This document shows, piece after piece, positions 49,113-61,442 of a DNA stretch of 64,000 nt. Origin of the DNA: Trichodelitschia bisporula (lineage: Eukaryota); assembly GCA_010356995.1 (NCBI GenBank), contig ML996704.1, forward strand, positions 682,001 through 746,000. The letters are read 5' to 3'. Position 1 is the stretch's first letter. Each line of letters opens with the position of its first letter. Position numbers and translations under genes: made by a program. A model generated the notes under the pieces. That model did not search any database, was not told where the DNA came from, and was given only the letters and a program-made list of their open reading frames with translations.

Positions 49113-52100
49113 GATATTGAGCGTGAAATGTGGTGCGAGGTGAGGGGCTCAAAGAATGGAGGCGGCCGCAGCGAGGCTCGCTTGGTGGTGGCTATATAGG
49201 GCTGAAAAGGACCCGCAGCTGAGAGGGAGGGAAACCTAGGCGTCAGCGCCAGAACGACACCGGCCTACAAGCAACTTTTGCAGCCTGATGGCGTATGCGG
49301 GGTGAGGAAAGAGGGGCTCGCGCTGCAGTACTCACCAATCAGACCGAAGCCGCTGCTGCTGCTAGATTTTATGCTTGAGAGAAGGCAGAATCTCTGTGTG
49401 CATGTACAGGTGAGCGGTTTGTGGTGAGGATGTTATGTAGAGGGAGAGGAGTGCGCGAGGACGAGCGCGAAAGAAGATATGTGGACGCAGGAAGGCGCGG
49501 CGTGGAACAAAAGAGCTTTCCTGTGTCAGATCGGATCCAACACTAGACACCCAAAGTATTCGTTGGCCGAAGTTGTCAGGCGAGGGAAGGCGTGTTCGGG
49601 AAAGGGCAGAAGACGGGTGGGTAGGAGGGGAGGTGGTGGTCTATAGAAGTCGGGAACGGATGGCGAGCGCAACCCTTCAGAACCCCTTGAAAGAGTGTAA
49701 TTTCGAGGTCGAGACGCGATCGAAGGGGATCATGTCGAGTTGCGAAGCAAGGGATGGAAGCGGCGCGGAATGACGGGGTAGAGGTGACGCGCGCGGCGGA
49801 AGGGTTGAGGCCGTGAGCGGGATAGGATACGTAGCGAACACGAGGAGGGGAGCAGACAAGACGCGATGTTGTATGCGTATGGCGTGGAGGATGGAGAGGC
49901 GGTGATGTTGGGGAGGAGGATCTGTTGGTTGGGGTGTTTGTTGTCTCTTGGGAGAGATGAGTGTGTGCTGTTGTTATGTGGGAGGTGGGAGGTGAAGGTG
50001 GGAGGTGAAGGTGGGAGTGTTGGAGTGGACGGAGATGACAGGGTAGAGGTGGTTCGGGGAGAAAAAAAAGTTGTGATGGGTTGGAGGAAAATGTGTGTGA
50101 AGCAGTGTGTGGACAGATGCGGCTTGACTGGGGGGGGGGGGGGGGGGTGGGAGTTTTGTGGAGGGATGGCGATGGGTCTGGAGCAGAAGTCCCAGACTAG
50201 AACTAGAACTAGGGTGGTGGTGATCGATGGGCTGAAGTCTGGGCGTCTGCCAGAGATGCGTTGTATGATGACTGACAAGCGGAGAGTCGGCGAGAAGAGA
50301 AACGTGGTGAGATGTCAGACTTGAAGATGTAGGAGACGGAGAAGTGAACCGGGACCGAAGACTGAGAAAGAGCCTGAACCATCAGAGAGCCTCAAGCCCG
50401 CCTATTTTGCGGGGGGAGATGAGTGGGGAGGAGGGGTGCAAAGTGTGGATGTGGATATGGAAGTGGGTAGGACAGAAAGGATGCGCCCGCCATCCACTCT
50501 CCGCTCTCTCTTTTTACTGGCGATCTTTTTTTTGCTACGAGGTTTTAGGGTACCAGGAGATGTTGGTGATCGCTCATAGTCGCAAAGCGTGAGAGAGATA
50601 CCGTAGAGGTCGCCTTGTGCCACTGGCGCCAGTCGGGCGTCTGTACTGTTAGACGATCCGCTTGTTACTGAAGTACGGGGTCAACTGGGGGGGGTGGAGT
50701 GCCGCTTTGGAGGGGTTGATGGCGGGGGTAGCCCCTAGTTTCGGAAGCTACCTTAGTTTCGCCCCCCCACCACCCCCCCTTCCCTAACCCCCGGCCCCAC
50801 TAACGCCAAAATCGACGCCGACCCGCTCGTTGGGCTGAACTGTTCCCACGTAAGCATCTTCTTGACACCTCAAAGCTTGTTCGACTTCCATCAGTGCACC
50901 GCGATACTTCGAAAAGACCGACGAGAAATGCTGGGAGATAAGGATAAAACGAGGACAGCAACGCCCCCTACTGTGCCCCCTCTTGTCCTATCCTACCGTT
51001 TCAACTGTCCACGCTCCCTCGTCTCGCTGTGCTAACCGTGCCAGGATAGCTTCCGTAGCACCTCTTCGCTCTCAACGTTTCACAGCAGTCCGCACAAGCC
51101 CGTCAAGCACCCGTCAGGCCTGCTACCTCGAGCTGCAGCGGGCCACAAAATCATCTCATCCTTTCTCGCCCACGAAAATGCTATTAAATCTGATCACCAC
51201 TCACCTTTCAGCCAGCCCACTATTCAACGAACCCGAAAGGCAAGCCGTCCACTCTACCTCCCACCGCCCGTCTCTCTTCTCCCACTCTTTTAAAGTGCTG
51301 CAGTCCAGCTTACCACACCCCGTATCTACCCCGCCTGCTCCCCAACCCAGCACTTGCAAACCTTTGAACAGCTTCCCGCGCGCCCGGGCCCTCACGCCCC
51401 ACCCACGCCATCAACCTGCGGCCGACCAAGGGAGAAAGGGAACGGAGCCAGCCCCCCCACCCTCGCCCTCGCGACAAAGACCCGCACCCAACGGCGCGCC
51501 TCAAACCGCACAGCCATCCCACTGCCACCTGCCAACGAGCCCATAGCCAAACCCCAAACCCTCACTGCAAGAAAAGCTTGCAACTCTCCACAGTACAGTA
51601 CGCACTTTGTATCCCACCCTGTCCACCCGCAAGCGTGCGCGGTTTGCTCCCCTCCCTGCAGCGTGCCAGCCCGCAGACCTAGGGCCTGGCCTGGCCTGGT
51701 CACGCCGGGGCCCCGCCAGGCACGCCCCGCGCTCCCTCCCGTCCCCGCTGTCGCGTTGCGCCGCCGCCAAGACCGCAGGGTGGAAGCTTGCAGGCGGCGG
51801 CGGATCGCCCGGCGCGGCGATCAACTTGATCCCGATTTGAGCGGTAGGAAGGGAGTGCCCCTTGTATGTGCGCGATGTCGTGTGTGAGGTGAGTTGATTG
51901 TTGGGGTTTGGGAGGAGGTGTCAGGTGAGTGGGTGCGCTGTGCACTTGTGGCTTTTAGGAGTGGCCGACGTGGACTGGACGGGTTGCCGAAAGGCGCTGT
52001 GAAGGTGCCGAATGGGTTCGGCTCCGATGTGAAAGCGGCGCTCGATCTGAAATTTCATCGTACTTGCGCTCTGGTTACATGCCGTTAGGGGACCGGCGCC

Positions 52101-54296
52101 GTTCTCCGTCTAGTCGGGTGACGTCACCACTTGCGACGCGCTCGTTAATCTCCGGTCCATGGCGCAACGACGCACCTGCTTGGACCACAATGCAGTCTAG
52201 TCGTCCAGTCGCATAAATTGGACGCTCGGTATCGACCGACCACCTCGATGAGCCGGCGACTTGAATTCTGATAAGGCTGCTTTTGCGTTTGATGCACCAA
52301 GGGAGCAGTCCACATAGGTGGACTCTCTGTAACGGCAACCAGTCGGCTTCGAGGGCTAAGGATATTACAGTTCGCGACCTCAACTCCTGCTGTCTGGTCA
52401 TTATTTGACGACCGTAGCTGCCTCTGCTGATTCAGCATGTGAAAGGTGGAAGTGAGGATCATGATGAGCTGTGCTCATCCCGTGGAGTGCTTGAGGCTGC
52501 GAGGACTATCATCCTCCCAGTCTTGTCAAAACACCGAGATGCGTCTCGCGAGCCACTTTGAATTCCATGGGCCTGGATCGTGAAGGTGACAGACCACATG
52601 AATTAGCCTCCGGCTGAGCCTCTGGCCAACTCAAACGAAGCGGTCTTCGCAGAAAGGTTCATATGCAAGTTACCCGCTAAAAATTGGGAGTGGTCGCTGA
52701 CCATCTTTAGCTCGATTCTCCATCATCCCATCTACAAACAAGAAGCCAGTACCTCGCCAACCATGGCGCCCCTCAGTCGTGCCTGCGAGAATCTGTCGGC
52801 TCCATCGGGAATTTCGGACTGCTAAGCCATTCGCCCCAGTGGATGCCATTTAGGGATTTACTGGAAAGGCCAGCTAATGGAAGCGCCACCACGGCACGTG
52901 TGTGAGCAACGAGTGCATGGTTCAAAGTGATGAAAGACGGGGAACAGGAAAGGCGCTCGACAGGGCGGCTCATGCCTACATGTAATGCTTGCCATGTGTC
53001 CTCCTGAGCTCACCCAGGGCTCCTTCCAGTCTTGCCATATGTTATCTCCTCAGGTAAGAATGTTCCTTCCCGGAATCCCAATGCTCCTTCCCTAGCTCAA
53101 ATCAGCAGCCATCGGTGGAAGCAGCAACTGGAATCATGGTCTCTCATTCCAGGAAAAAGCAAGATTGTTGAACCGCTTCACGCCTAGAGCCGCCAGTCCA
53201 ACCACACGGACGCAATACCGCTCGGAGGGAATATCACTTTTATGGCCGCTGTCGGAAGGCAGAAGGAATGGGCTAGCTTGAACTTCCAGGAAGCCATGCA
53301 GAGCTCACCCCAAGTACAGACTCGAGATGCTCAGAGACTCAACTCTTACTGATGGAGACAGATGCGGTCCAACATCTCAGGGAATGACTGACGTTCCGAG
53401 AGTTCGCGGCTCGCAGGTTGCACCTCGCAACTTGAGTTCACTCCCTGTGCAACTCTCCGACCTGGAAGTTTTACGAGCTTCGAAATGTGTCCTGACCTTG
53501 AGGGTATCACGTCTGCATTGTCAGCCACGCAGTCAGAATGCCGGATCCAACTTGCTCTTCGACTTCCAGTGAGGATCCATCCATCCAAATGCAGATACCT
53601 TTGGATGATTATCACTGCCGTCTTCCCCAAAAACCCGAATTGACCATGGTTGGTCACGCTAGCGTGGGATTGGGGGCCTCGGACGTCGCTTCATACTCCC
53701 GGTCAGCCAAACGGTTGATCACTATCGTCCTCGGCTCTCCGAGGTGAACCACCACAACTGTGGCTTGAGGCTTGCTGAGCACCTTGAAATCCGGCAAAAA
53801 CCTTCTCCTGCGATGTTCATGGGACCCAGCTCTTTCTATAATAACCTGTCGCAAGTGATGCATCAGATGCCTTGGGCCTAGAACTAGTCGTCTGATAACG
53901 CTGGCAGGGTCTCACCGATGGCGTGTTGATCCACTTTCCCCTCCACCAAGGCACTAGAATTACCAAGGCTCTTGTTGGTCTCTAGGCTTACATGTCCAAA
54001 ATCCCCGCCATCACCTCGACTTCCCGCATCGGTAACGGCGCGGGCGCGGCACGCTCCGCCTATTGGCCCACTCGGGCTGAGGTACCGATCTAATGCGGCG
54101 GTACCGATTTAAATGTGGGGGCCTCTAGGAGTGGCGGTGTTGTATGCATGAACTAAGCATGCACCCCTGGGTCGGCACGGCGGTGTGTCGTGATATATGT
54201 AAGCCTTGCGTTCGCTCCTCAGTTCGTGTGCTTGGATTCCTCCGATCTTTCTCTTTCGCCTCCGATTCCTTCTCTCCCTCGCAATACACGGGCATC

Positions 54297-55121
54297 ATGA
54301 CTTTTGGCTCAGGCTCGGACCCGAATGTCTGGACTAAGCCCCAGACCGTGGTGTTCAAGTTTCTGCAAAAGCAGTTTGATCGCACCGGGGAGGTACAGGA
54401 TGATCGGGGACGTGTGCTTTACAAGCTCAATGATATTGGGGAGAAGCACACCTTTGGGTTCATCAAGACCTATGTATGTGGATTCTGGATTCCGGCCTGT
54501 GGTGTTTGGGCGGTGCTAATACCGTCTGACAGCCCCTCGAGATCGTCCGCGTAAGCGATGGAAGGATCGTCGGCATCATCCACTGGAAGGACAGTCCCAC
54601 CAAAGCAAAGGTCGAGAAACTTCCCGGACGAGAGGACGAGGTGCGCATTTCAGAGGGCCTGTTCGACGAGCTGTATGTGCAACCAATCTTCCCGAGCGCG
54701 ACTGACACGGCAAAGCTTGTGCTGGAAGATGGCCGATGGCGCCAAGTTCGAGTGGGACGGGGCATTCGGCGGCATTTGGGCGAGTGTCTCGACAGTGCGG
54801 AGATGGACCCAGGCTTACGGGAACAGAAAGTGTTTGACCATCGGCTCGCGTCGCCGTGTAGCCTGACTCCCGGCTGCGTTGCGATGCAGACGCCGCGGAA
54901 GGGGAAGACGGGCGCAACGACGCTCGAGGTGGTGACGGAGGTATTGAATAGCACTCCGGATTTGTTGGAGTATCTCATTGTTGGGTGAGTGGTCTGGTGC
55001 GAGATATGCGGTGGGGCTAATGGTGAGCAGGAGCATTTGGCTGGAGTTTAGTGCGTCCATGGCTAAGAGCGAGGCGGCTAGCAGTCCGGTGCCGGAGGTC
55101 ATCATTATTGCGACCACCTAG
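54297..55121 (+). CDS. Hypothetical protein, 2 introns
   Basis: MTFGSG...FIKTY|PLEIVRV...LEYLIVG|SIWLEF...IIIATT*; canonical GTATGT and GTGAGT introns keep frame. Confidence 0.7.
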
Positions 55122-56201
55122 TGATGCAATGCGAGAGACCGTGGCTTGCGTGGTTTCCCGTCTCCTGCATCCCGAATGGGTGGGGTCTGATCAATCAGAC
55201 TACGATTTCGTAGTTGTTGAACTCCGTCCTTCGTGTTACACATCCCATGTGCTAACTTACTGACTATGTTGATATCTCCTAATGCTTACACTCCAGCGCT
55301 GGCCCTCTTCTGCCCCCCAATTCCCGGCCGCCCCGATCCGAAGATAGCAACGCGCGAGGCGCACGCCGAAGCGCTCAAGCCCTCACAACTCGCACCGTCC
55401 CACCCCGGCTTGGGAGGACTAATCAACATGCCGAATTCCAGGCACGAACGCCGATCCGATAAATCACCACTGCTGATGCCTTCAGGCCCTCCACTGGCGA
55501 CTTCTGCTCCGGCATCGGAGAACAAACACGATGGACTCTCGCCTTCGGTTTATTTGTGAACAGGTTGTTACCTCAACTCGTGATACTGTAATCTCTGCTA
55601 GGGCCGGCATGTCTTCCGATTCCGCTTTATGAACTGCGAGGCGTTCTCACTCGCTCCGAATATCGACGGCGTCCCTGGACTCGCACCTCCTTGTTTGCAT
55701 GCCGCCGTTCTCACATTCGTCACTTGTCATTGTGCAGCGCGATATGGAACCTATTCAGAACTGAAGGAGGCCAGGGGAGAGTCCTTAGAGAAAGACTTGC
55801 TCTTAACTTGGCTGATGTCTCTCAATGGGTGGCAGTCCAGTCCGTTCCATTGGATGACATGTCACTCTCTTGCAATACAATGCAGAAGGTTTCCAGCAAG
55901 AATAGAGCAGTGCACATATTCCTCCGCACTTGAAATCTGCCTCGCGCGCAAGGGCAAAGATCATATTGTGGTATATAGCGATATGAACTACGGAAGGCAG
56001 TACGGACGTATACCTATCTGCACACAACCCATTCCAACAATTTTCATATTGCCTGAAGCCCCTCAAGTCTTCAGCCTTACATCTGCAACTCCCAAAAACC
56101 GTCCCAATCCACATACTCCTCGCCTGTTCCAGCTCACAGTTTTACATGTTTGCATAAGGATATCATTTTTGCAAAACTTCTTATCCAATGGATCCCAATC
56201 A

Positions 56202-56293
56202 GCGTTGGTGGTTTAGTGGTAAAATCCGTCGTTGCCATCTCTGCCTCAAGAGGACGATTCGACGGGCCCCGGGTTCGATTCCCGGCCGACGCA
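56202..56293 (+). tRNA. tRNA-Gly(GCC) with intron
   Basis: GCGTTGGTGGTTTAGTGGTAAAATCCGTCG-TT-GCC-A[intron]TCGACGGGCCCCGGGTTCGATTCCCGGCCGACGCA followed by TTTTT. Confidence 0.92.
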
Positions 56294-56646
56294 TCCTTTT
56301 TCCCCTCCTATCCCATACCTCATCAACCTTTTTATCCTAACCTTGCCTATATCTGCGGTTTTTTTTTGGGCGCTCGTGGGCTTGCGAAGCTGCATTCCTC
56401 GCGTCTAAGTGTATGATGCCGGCAAAACTTGCCCCCTGCTGATCCATCGATAGCTTAATTTGACCGCACTCGACTCGCCCGCCGCAGAGATGGGCGAAAT
56501 GTGCTGAACTTTCAGCCGCTCAACGAAGATCATGTTTTATAGAGCACAAATGGATGGGTGTAGCAGGCATAGGTTCACGAGCTCAGTACACCACGCGCAA
56601 AGTCAGCAAACGCACCGAAGCGGATTATTCCAGCGAAGGAGGTATC

Positions 56647-58542
56647 TCATGCAGTATCCAAAGCCATGCCGTATCCAAAGAAAAAGCTGATATAGCCGTC
56701 CATCAACCCACACCTTGCGCCCCCAACCTTGTTGCCCCCACCCATCGACCCCNNNNNNNNNNNNNNNNNNNNNNNNNNNNNNNNNNNNNNNNNNNNNNNN
56801 NNNNNNNCAACACTAACCCCCTGCCCCAACGCAACATCCACAACCCCCGTCCCCGTTCTCCTCCGCCGGCGCACAATTCCCACCCTCCCCCCCATCTCTG
56901 GCTCAACCCGCACAGGCTCAACCACCGGCTCCGTGTCCTCCCCCGTACCTGGCCGGCGTCGGATGTGAAGCGTGGCCCAAATGGGCGGACCGATCGTGTT
57001 ATTAAGCCACGGGTTGGGGGGCCGGGTGGGGATGGGGGCGATGTCGTATTTGAGCAGGATGTGCGCGAGGAGCAGTTTTAGTTGGTTGGCGGCGAAGAAG
57101 CGGCCTGGACAGGCGTGGCGCCCGTGGCTGAAGGGCATAAATGCGGGGCTGCTTGTTACCATGCTTAGGCGCTTGTCAGCGAAGCGGAAGGGTTGGTAGG
57201 CGTATGGGGAGGGGTAGAGCGAGGGGTCGTGGTGCAGGGCCCAGGCCATTATGCCGATTTTGGAGCCCTGGGGAAGGTGCTCGCCGGTTGGGAGACGGAT
57301 TCCCTCCGCGGGGAGGACGGCTTTGGAGACCCCGCGGGCGATGAAGCCCCAGAGGCGCATGGACTCGCGGAGCGCGGAGTCGAGGGCGTGCATGCCTGCT
57401 AAGTGCTTCCGGCTCCACTGCTGGGCCGGCGGAAGGGCGGCAGTGGTGGCCGTGACTTCGGCGCGCAGGGCGGCTTGGATGTCCAGCGAGTCCGGGTGTG
57501 ACGCAATATCGAAAAGCGCGTTCGTGATGGTAATCACGCTGGACTGGATTGCAGCGAAGGAGAGTACTGCTAGGCGCTTGGTTATCATCTCGGCCGTGCG
57601 TTCCGCGGGGTCGGCGTGGCTGAATGCGTCGTGCAGGGCCCATTGGACGTAGTCGTTATGTGCACTGTAATCTGGGGACTTGTAGTCCATGCCGGGTTTG
57701 AAGGAGGAGACCCGCGCTGCGACGATGGGGTAGATGTGTGCTGCGAGGCGGCGGTATTGCAGCGTGTCGTAGGCTGTGAATAGGGGGGCGAGGAGGGGGC
57801 GCAGGAAGGGGGGGAGAAGATTGATGGCTCCCGCGGTGAGGACGACGTTGCGCGCGAAGGTCGCGCTGGCTTTGAGATAGGCGGGGTCGCGGCATAGGGG
57901 CAGACCGACGAGTACCCGGTTTGATATCGCGGCTACGACGCGGAGGAGGGATTCATACGCCGGAACATCCGTCCAGTCCCTCGCGTTGCGGCCCCAGGTC
58001 CCGCTCAGCGCTTCCTCGATTTCGTCGACTATGGCCGCGGCGTAGGAATCTAGGTTCTTGGTCAGTTCGCGGCGGATGACGTGCCCATGCACTGTGTCGC
58101 GGATGATGTGCGGGTGTAGCATGGTGTGGTCTGCGGCGAGGAAGGCGGTGTTTACGGCGTTTTGGTTTAGGATAGCGTCGGGCTGGTCGAGGAGCCATTT
58201 TAGATCCCTGGGGGGGAGGATGATTTCGGGCCCGGTGGCGAGGTTGGGGAGGATGAAGGGGAGGTTATGCTTTGAGTACTGCGGCTGCGTTAGCTGGTTG
58301 ATGTGGGGTGGGAGTGATGGGCATACTGTGTTGTATCCCTCCTCGATTAGAGCTCGGAGCCCGAAGAGACTACGCCGTGAGGAGCGGCCGCGGGCAAGCA
58401 AACTGTGCCCCGCGCTGGCCCAGGGGATACTGGACGGCAGGCCGTGGAGGGAGTAGAAGCGGTCCCATATGTATGCCAGCGCGGAGGCGAGCCCGGCGGC
58501 GGCCAGGAACCAGCCCAGCACGTCAGCGGGAGGGTAAGGCAT
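56647..58542 (-). CDS. Cytochrome P450 (ent-kaurene-oxidase-like group inferred); 3' end uncertain because of N gap
   Basis: N-terminal TM helix, I-helix FAAIQSS, ESMR (ExxR), PFRF, heme motif FSHGRHACPGRF. Confidence 0.95.
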   Translation of the reverse strand: MPYPPADVLGWFLAAAGLASALAYIWDRFYSLHGLPSSIPWASAGHSLLARGRSSRRSLFGLRALIEEGYNTVCPSLPPHINQLTQPQYSKHNLPFILPNLATGPEIILPPRDLKWLLDQPDAILNQNAVNTAFLAADHTMLHPHIIRDTVHGHVIRRELTKNLDSYAAAIVDEIEEALSGTWGRNARDWTDVPAYESLLRVVAAISNRVLVGLPLCRDPAYLKASATFARNVVLTAGAINLLPPFLRPLLAPLFTAYDTLQYRRLAAHIYPIVAARVSSFKPGMDYKSPDYSAHNDYVQWALHDAFSHADPAERTAEMITKRLAVLSFAAIQSSVITITNALFDIASHPDSLDIQAALRAEVTATTAALPPAQQWSRKHLAGMHALDSALRESMRLWGFIARGVSKAVLPAEGIRLPTGEHLPQGSKIGIMAWALHHDPSLYPSPYAYQPFRFADKRLSMVTSSPAFMPFSHGRHACPGRFFAANQLKLLLAHILLKYDIAPIPTRPPNPWLNNTIGPPIWATLHIRRRPGTGEDTEPVVEPVRVEPEMGGRVGIVRRRRRTGTGVVDVALGQGVSVXXXXXXXXXXXXXXXXXXXGSMGGGNKVGGARCGLMDGYISFFFGYGMALDTA

Positions 58543-60370
58543 GGTGGCTTGGAGGGGAAGGGGATCGGCGGTAGAAAGACAGCATGAAGATTGCGGGCCA
58601 GAGGGCACGGCATTAATGGCTTAAGTGAACGTGTATGCGGCAATGGTTGTGCCCATGTGAGCTAGAACTAAATGTTCGTATTCTCGGGTGGGGGAAGGGC
58701 GGTAATGACGGGGTGAGTTGACTAGCAGGGGAAAGACAGATGGTGGTAAAAGAAGGACGGATAGTGGATGGAGAGAGGTTCAAAACATCGAGGCGGACAA
58801 ATGCGGATGGAACGACATCGTCCCTAGTCCGACTGTGGCATAGAAGATGTGATGAGGATTCAGACGTTATCGGGACCCCGGGGAGTGAAGCGGGGGAGGG
58901 TGGTGAGGAAAGGGAGGACAGGAAACTACCAAGATACAGCCCCACGCAGTGAGCTCCGAAGGTGTGGACGGCGTCAGACATCGCCACCACCATCATCTCG
59001 ACTTGGGCAATGCCCGTGGAGCATCCAGGGCAGCCAGTCGTCTGCCCGGTTGGCCTGTTAGCGGGGAACGGCAGAGTATCAGTCATCACGATTGGGACGC
59101 CATCGTCGAAACCAAGCGACAGTCGGCCAAACTCCCGCCGAGGGGGGGAACGGCGCGGGAACGCCTGCGGAGGGCTTTTTCCAGGTTACCTCCACAGGGC
59201 TGAAAATGGCTGGCGGACTGTTGAAGTAAAGACAAAAAAGCAGGCAGGACATCTAGGCCCGTGGTCCAGGAGCTAGAGCGTAGAGTTGCCGTCACCAACA
59301 TGCGTGTTTGACAGCAATGGCTTATGCAGTCCCACAATGCTGATCTTTGTCAATTGAAGCCCGGCGGGCAGGAGTTGGCGACACGGAGGGCTGGTGGAGA
59401 CAAGACGCGATTCTGCAGAAGCAGCACAGAGATGCCGTCGCCTCGCGGAGGGCGTCCGGGCCTATCGGCTGCGTTGCTGGGGTCTGGGCAGGTTCGTGTC
59501 TGGCACGCCGTGGCTTGGACACCATCGGGGAGATCGGCATTGTCTGCTACGGATTGAGATACACGGTAGCGGGTGACCAATCGGCTTGCCAGGTTTGAAG
59601 GGCACCAGCCAGTTGGAGGCGGCAGAGAGATGACGGCGTTGTGAGGATCTGGATATTAAACTTTCGCATTGCGGCATGCCGTTGTTTAGGGGTGATGAGA
59701 TGGATAGCGCCCGGTAGTGCTCGCAGTGTGCAGTAGCGAAAGAGCATAAATCAATGACATCAGACCGTGGATACACGAAAGAGGAAGGTATTTATTGGAA
59801 CTCTCACATAATCACTTCTGCCGACCAAACGGCGTTCCTCCCGTACTCCAATACAGACACCTCTGCAACATATCCCAGTACGATGTATGTACCCCTCAGA
59901 TAGGCAATGCGGAGAAGAGGTAAAACGACGGGGAGCTTGTTGGCGATGGTGGTGGAGCATGTTTATTTTGAGTGCGAAGTCTAGCGTAGTCAAAAGCCAT
60001 GCAAAAGGGCTTGTCCCAGCCCCTGGCCGGCATCGGATCCGTGCTGAAACTTGGCAAGCATATCAAAAAGCACGACCCCGGCATCCCCCTTTTCGAGTTG
60101 CACAAGTCAGCCTCGTTCGCGACGCCATCCTCGCATTGGCTGACGACGTCAGAGACATCGCAGAACACACGGGCGTAACCCCTACGGTACATTTTTACTG
60201 TAATTCGGGAAATTTTAAACTGCAATACAGACGCTGTGTTGTATGTGTCATATCCTTCACTTAGAACTGCCTTTTTTCAACTGCAATACGGACGCTCGTA
60301 TATCACGTATTGCAGCTCAAAACATGCCCGATTGCAGTTCAAAATTTGCACGATTGCAGTTCGAAAGTTG

Positions 60371-61148
60371 GGGACCTACTAGAAAAACAGGTCAACGTTT
60401 ATTACATCAACAGCCCGCAGATCAGCCAATCACGCGATAGAAACGCACGTTAACGTCAAAAACGCAAAGGCAATCAGAAAGTCTACTCCCATCAAAAAGT
60501 CATCAAAAGAGTTATTCGAAAGGCGCCGAGACCAATGTCAAAAGATGTGACTCATCAGGACGATGCGATAGCCAAATTATCGCAATTTTGTATTAAGGTT
60601 TGGTGCGTGCATCCCGTGTTGAAGTTTTGACCTCAGATTTTGGTGGGGTAAGAGCGCCAAGATTTCCCTGCACGCCACAGCCACGCTAAAGCCACGCGCA
60701 GGGATATAATCATCATCCTAACCCTAATCAGCTAATGCCAACCCTAATTTAGCCTTAACGTACTAAACTAACCCTAACTTTAACTGGATGCAGCAACTCA
60801 GACCTCGGCGCCAAGCAGCTGGCTTGTGACGTGCGGATAGCCTTGGCGCCAATACAGCCACACGAGCCGCACGTGCAGCCACGCCAAACTTCAAAACGCG
60901 ATGCACGCCTCAAGAGTAATCAAAAACACTCGTTCTTAATGAAAATCGACTTGCCTTGATGAGCTGCATCTTTTGACATCAATCTTGGTGCTTTTTGGAT
61001 GATTCTTTTGGCACCAAATTTTGATGAGGCGTGGCTGATGCGACAACCTTGCGATTGGCTCAAAAGTCTTGACTTCCTTGCGTGTCATTAGCTGATCACA
61101 GCCCGCCTGTCGATGTAACAAACGTCTACCTGTTTTTCTAGTAACTCC
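60371..61148. mobile_element. Nested non-autonomous Mutator-like (MULE) element
   Basis: Imperfect ~260-bp inverted arms starting GGA..TACTAGAAAAACAGGT; perfect 9-bp TSD CGAAAGTTG (60362-60370, 61149-61157). Confidence 0.85.
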
Positions 61149-61287
61149 CGAAAGTTGCACTCAAAACATGCGCAATTGCAGTTCAAAAGTTGCTCAAATG
61201 CAGTAATCCGCGTCCCTATACGCTTTCTGTAACCGTATTAGCATGGGCTCGCGTGAGTAGATAGGATAAGGGATAGGAGACTTACCG

Positions 61288-61442
61288 GAGACGCGACGAG
61301 AGGCGAGACGAGACAAGAGAGACGAGACGAGACGAGACGAGACGAGACGAGACAAGAGAGACGAGATGAGACGGGACGAGACAAGAGAGACGAGAGAGAC
61401 GAGAGAGACGAGAGAGACGAGAGAGACGAGACGAGAGAGAGA
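61288..61442 (+). repeat. (GAGAC)n/(GAGAGAGAC)n microsatellite inside the outer transposon
   Basis: gagacgagacgagacgagac...gagagagacgagagagac. Confidence 0.9.

Noticed and set aside
55629..56416. 195-aa and 88-aa ORFs
   Set aside because: Overlap the tRNA-Gly gene and lack coding-like composition
56647..56950. Unusual P450 C-terminal extension
   Set aside because: Frame passes through an N gap (~56753-56807), so the true end is unknown
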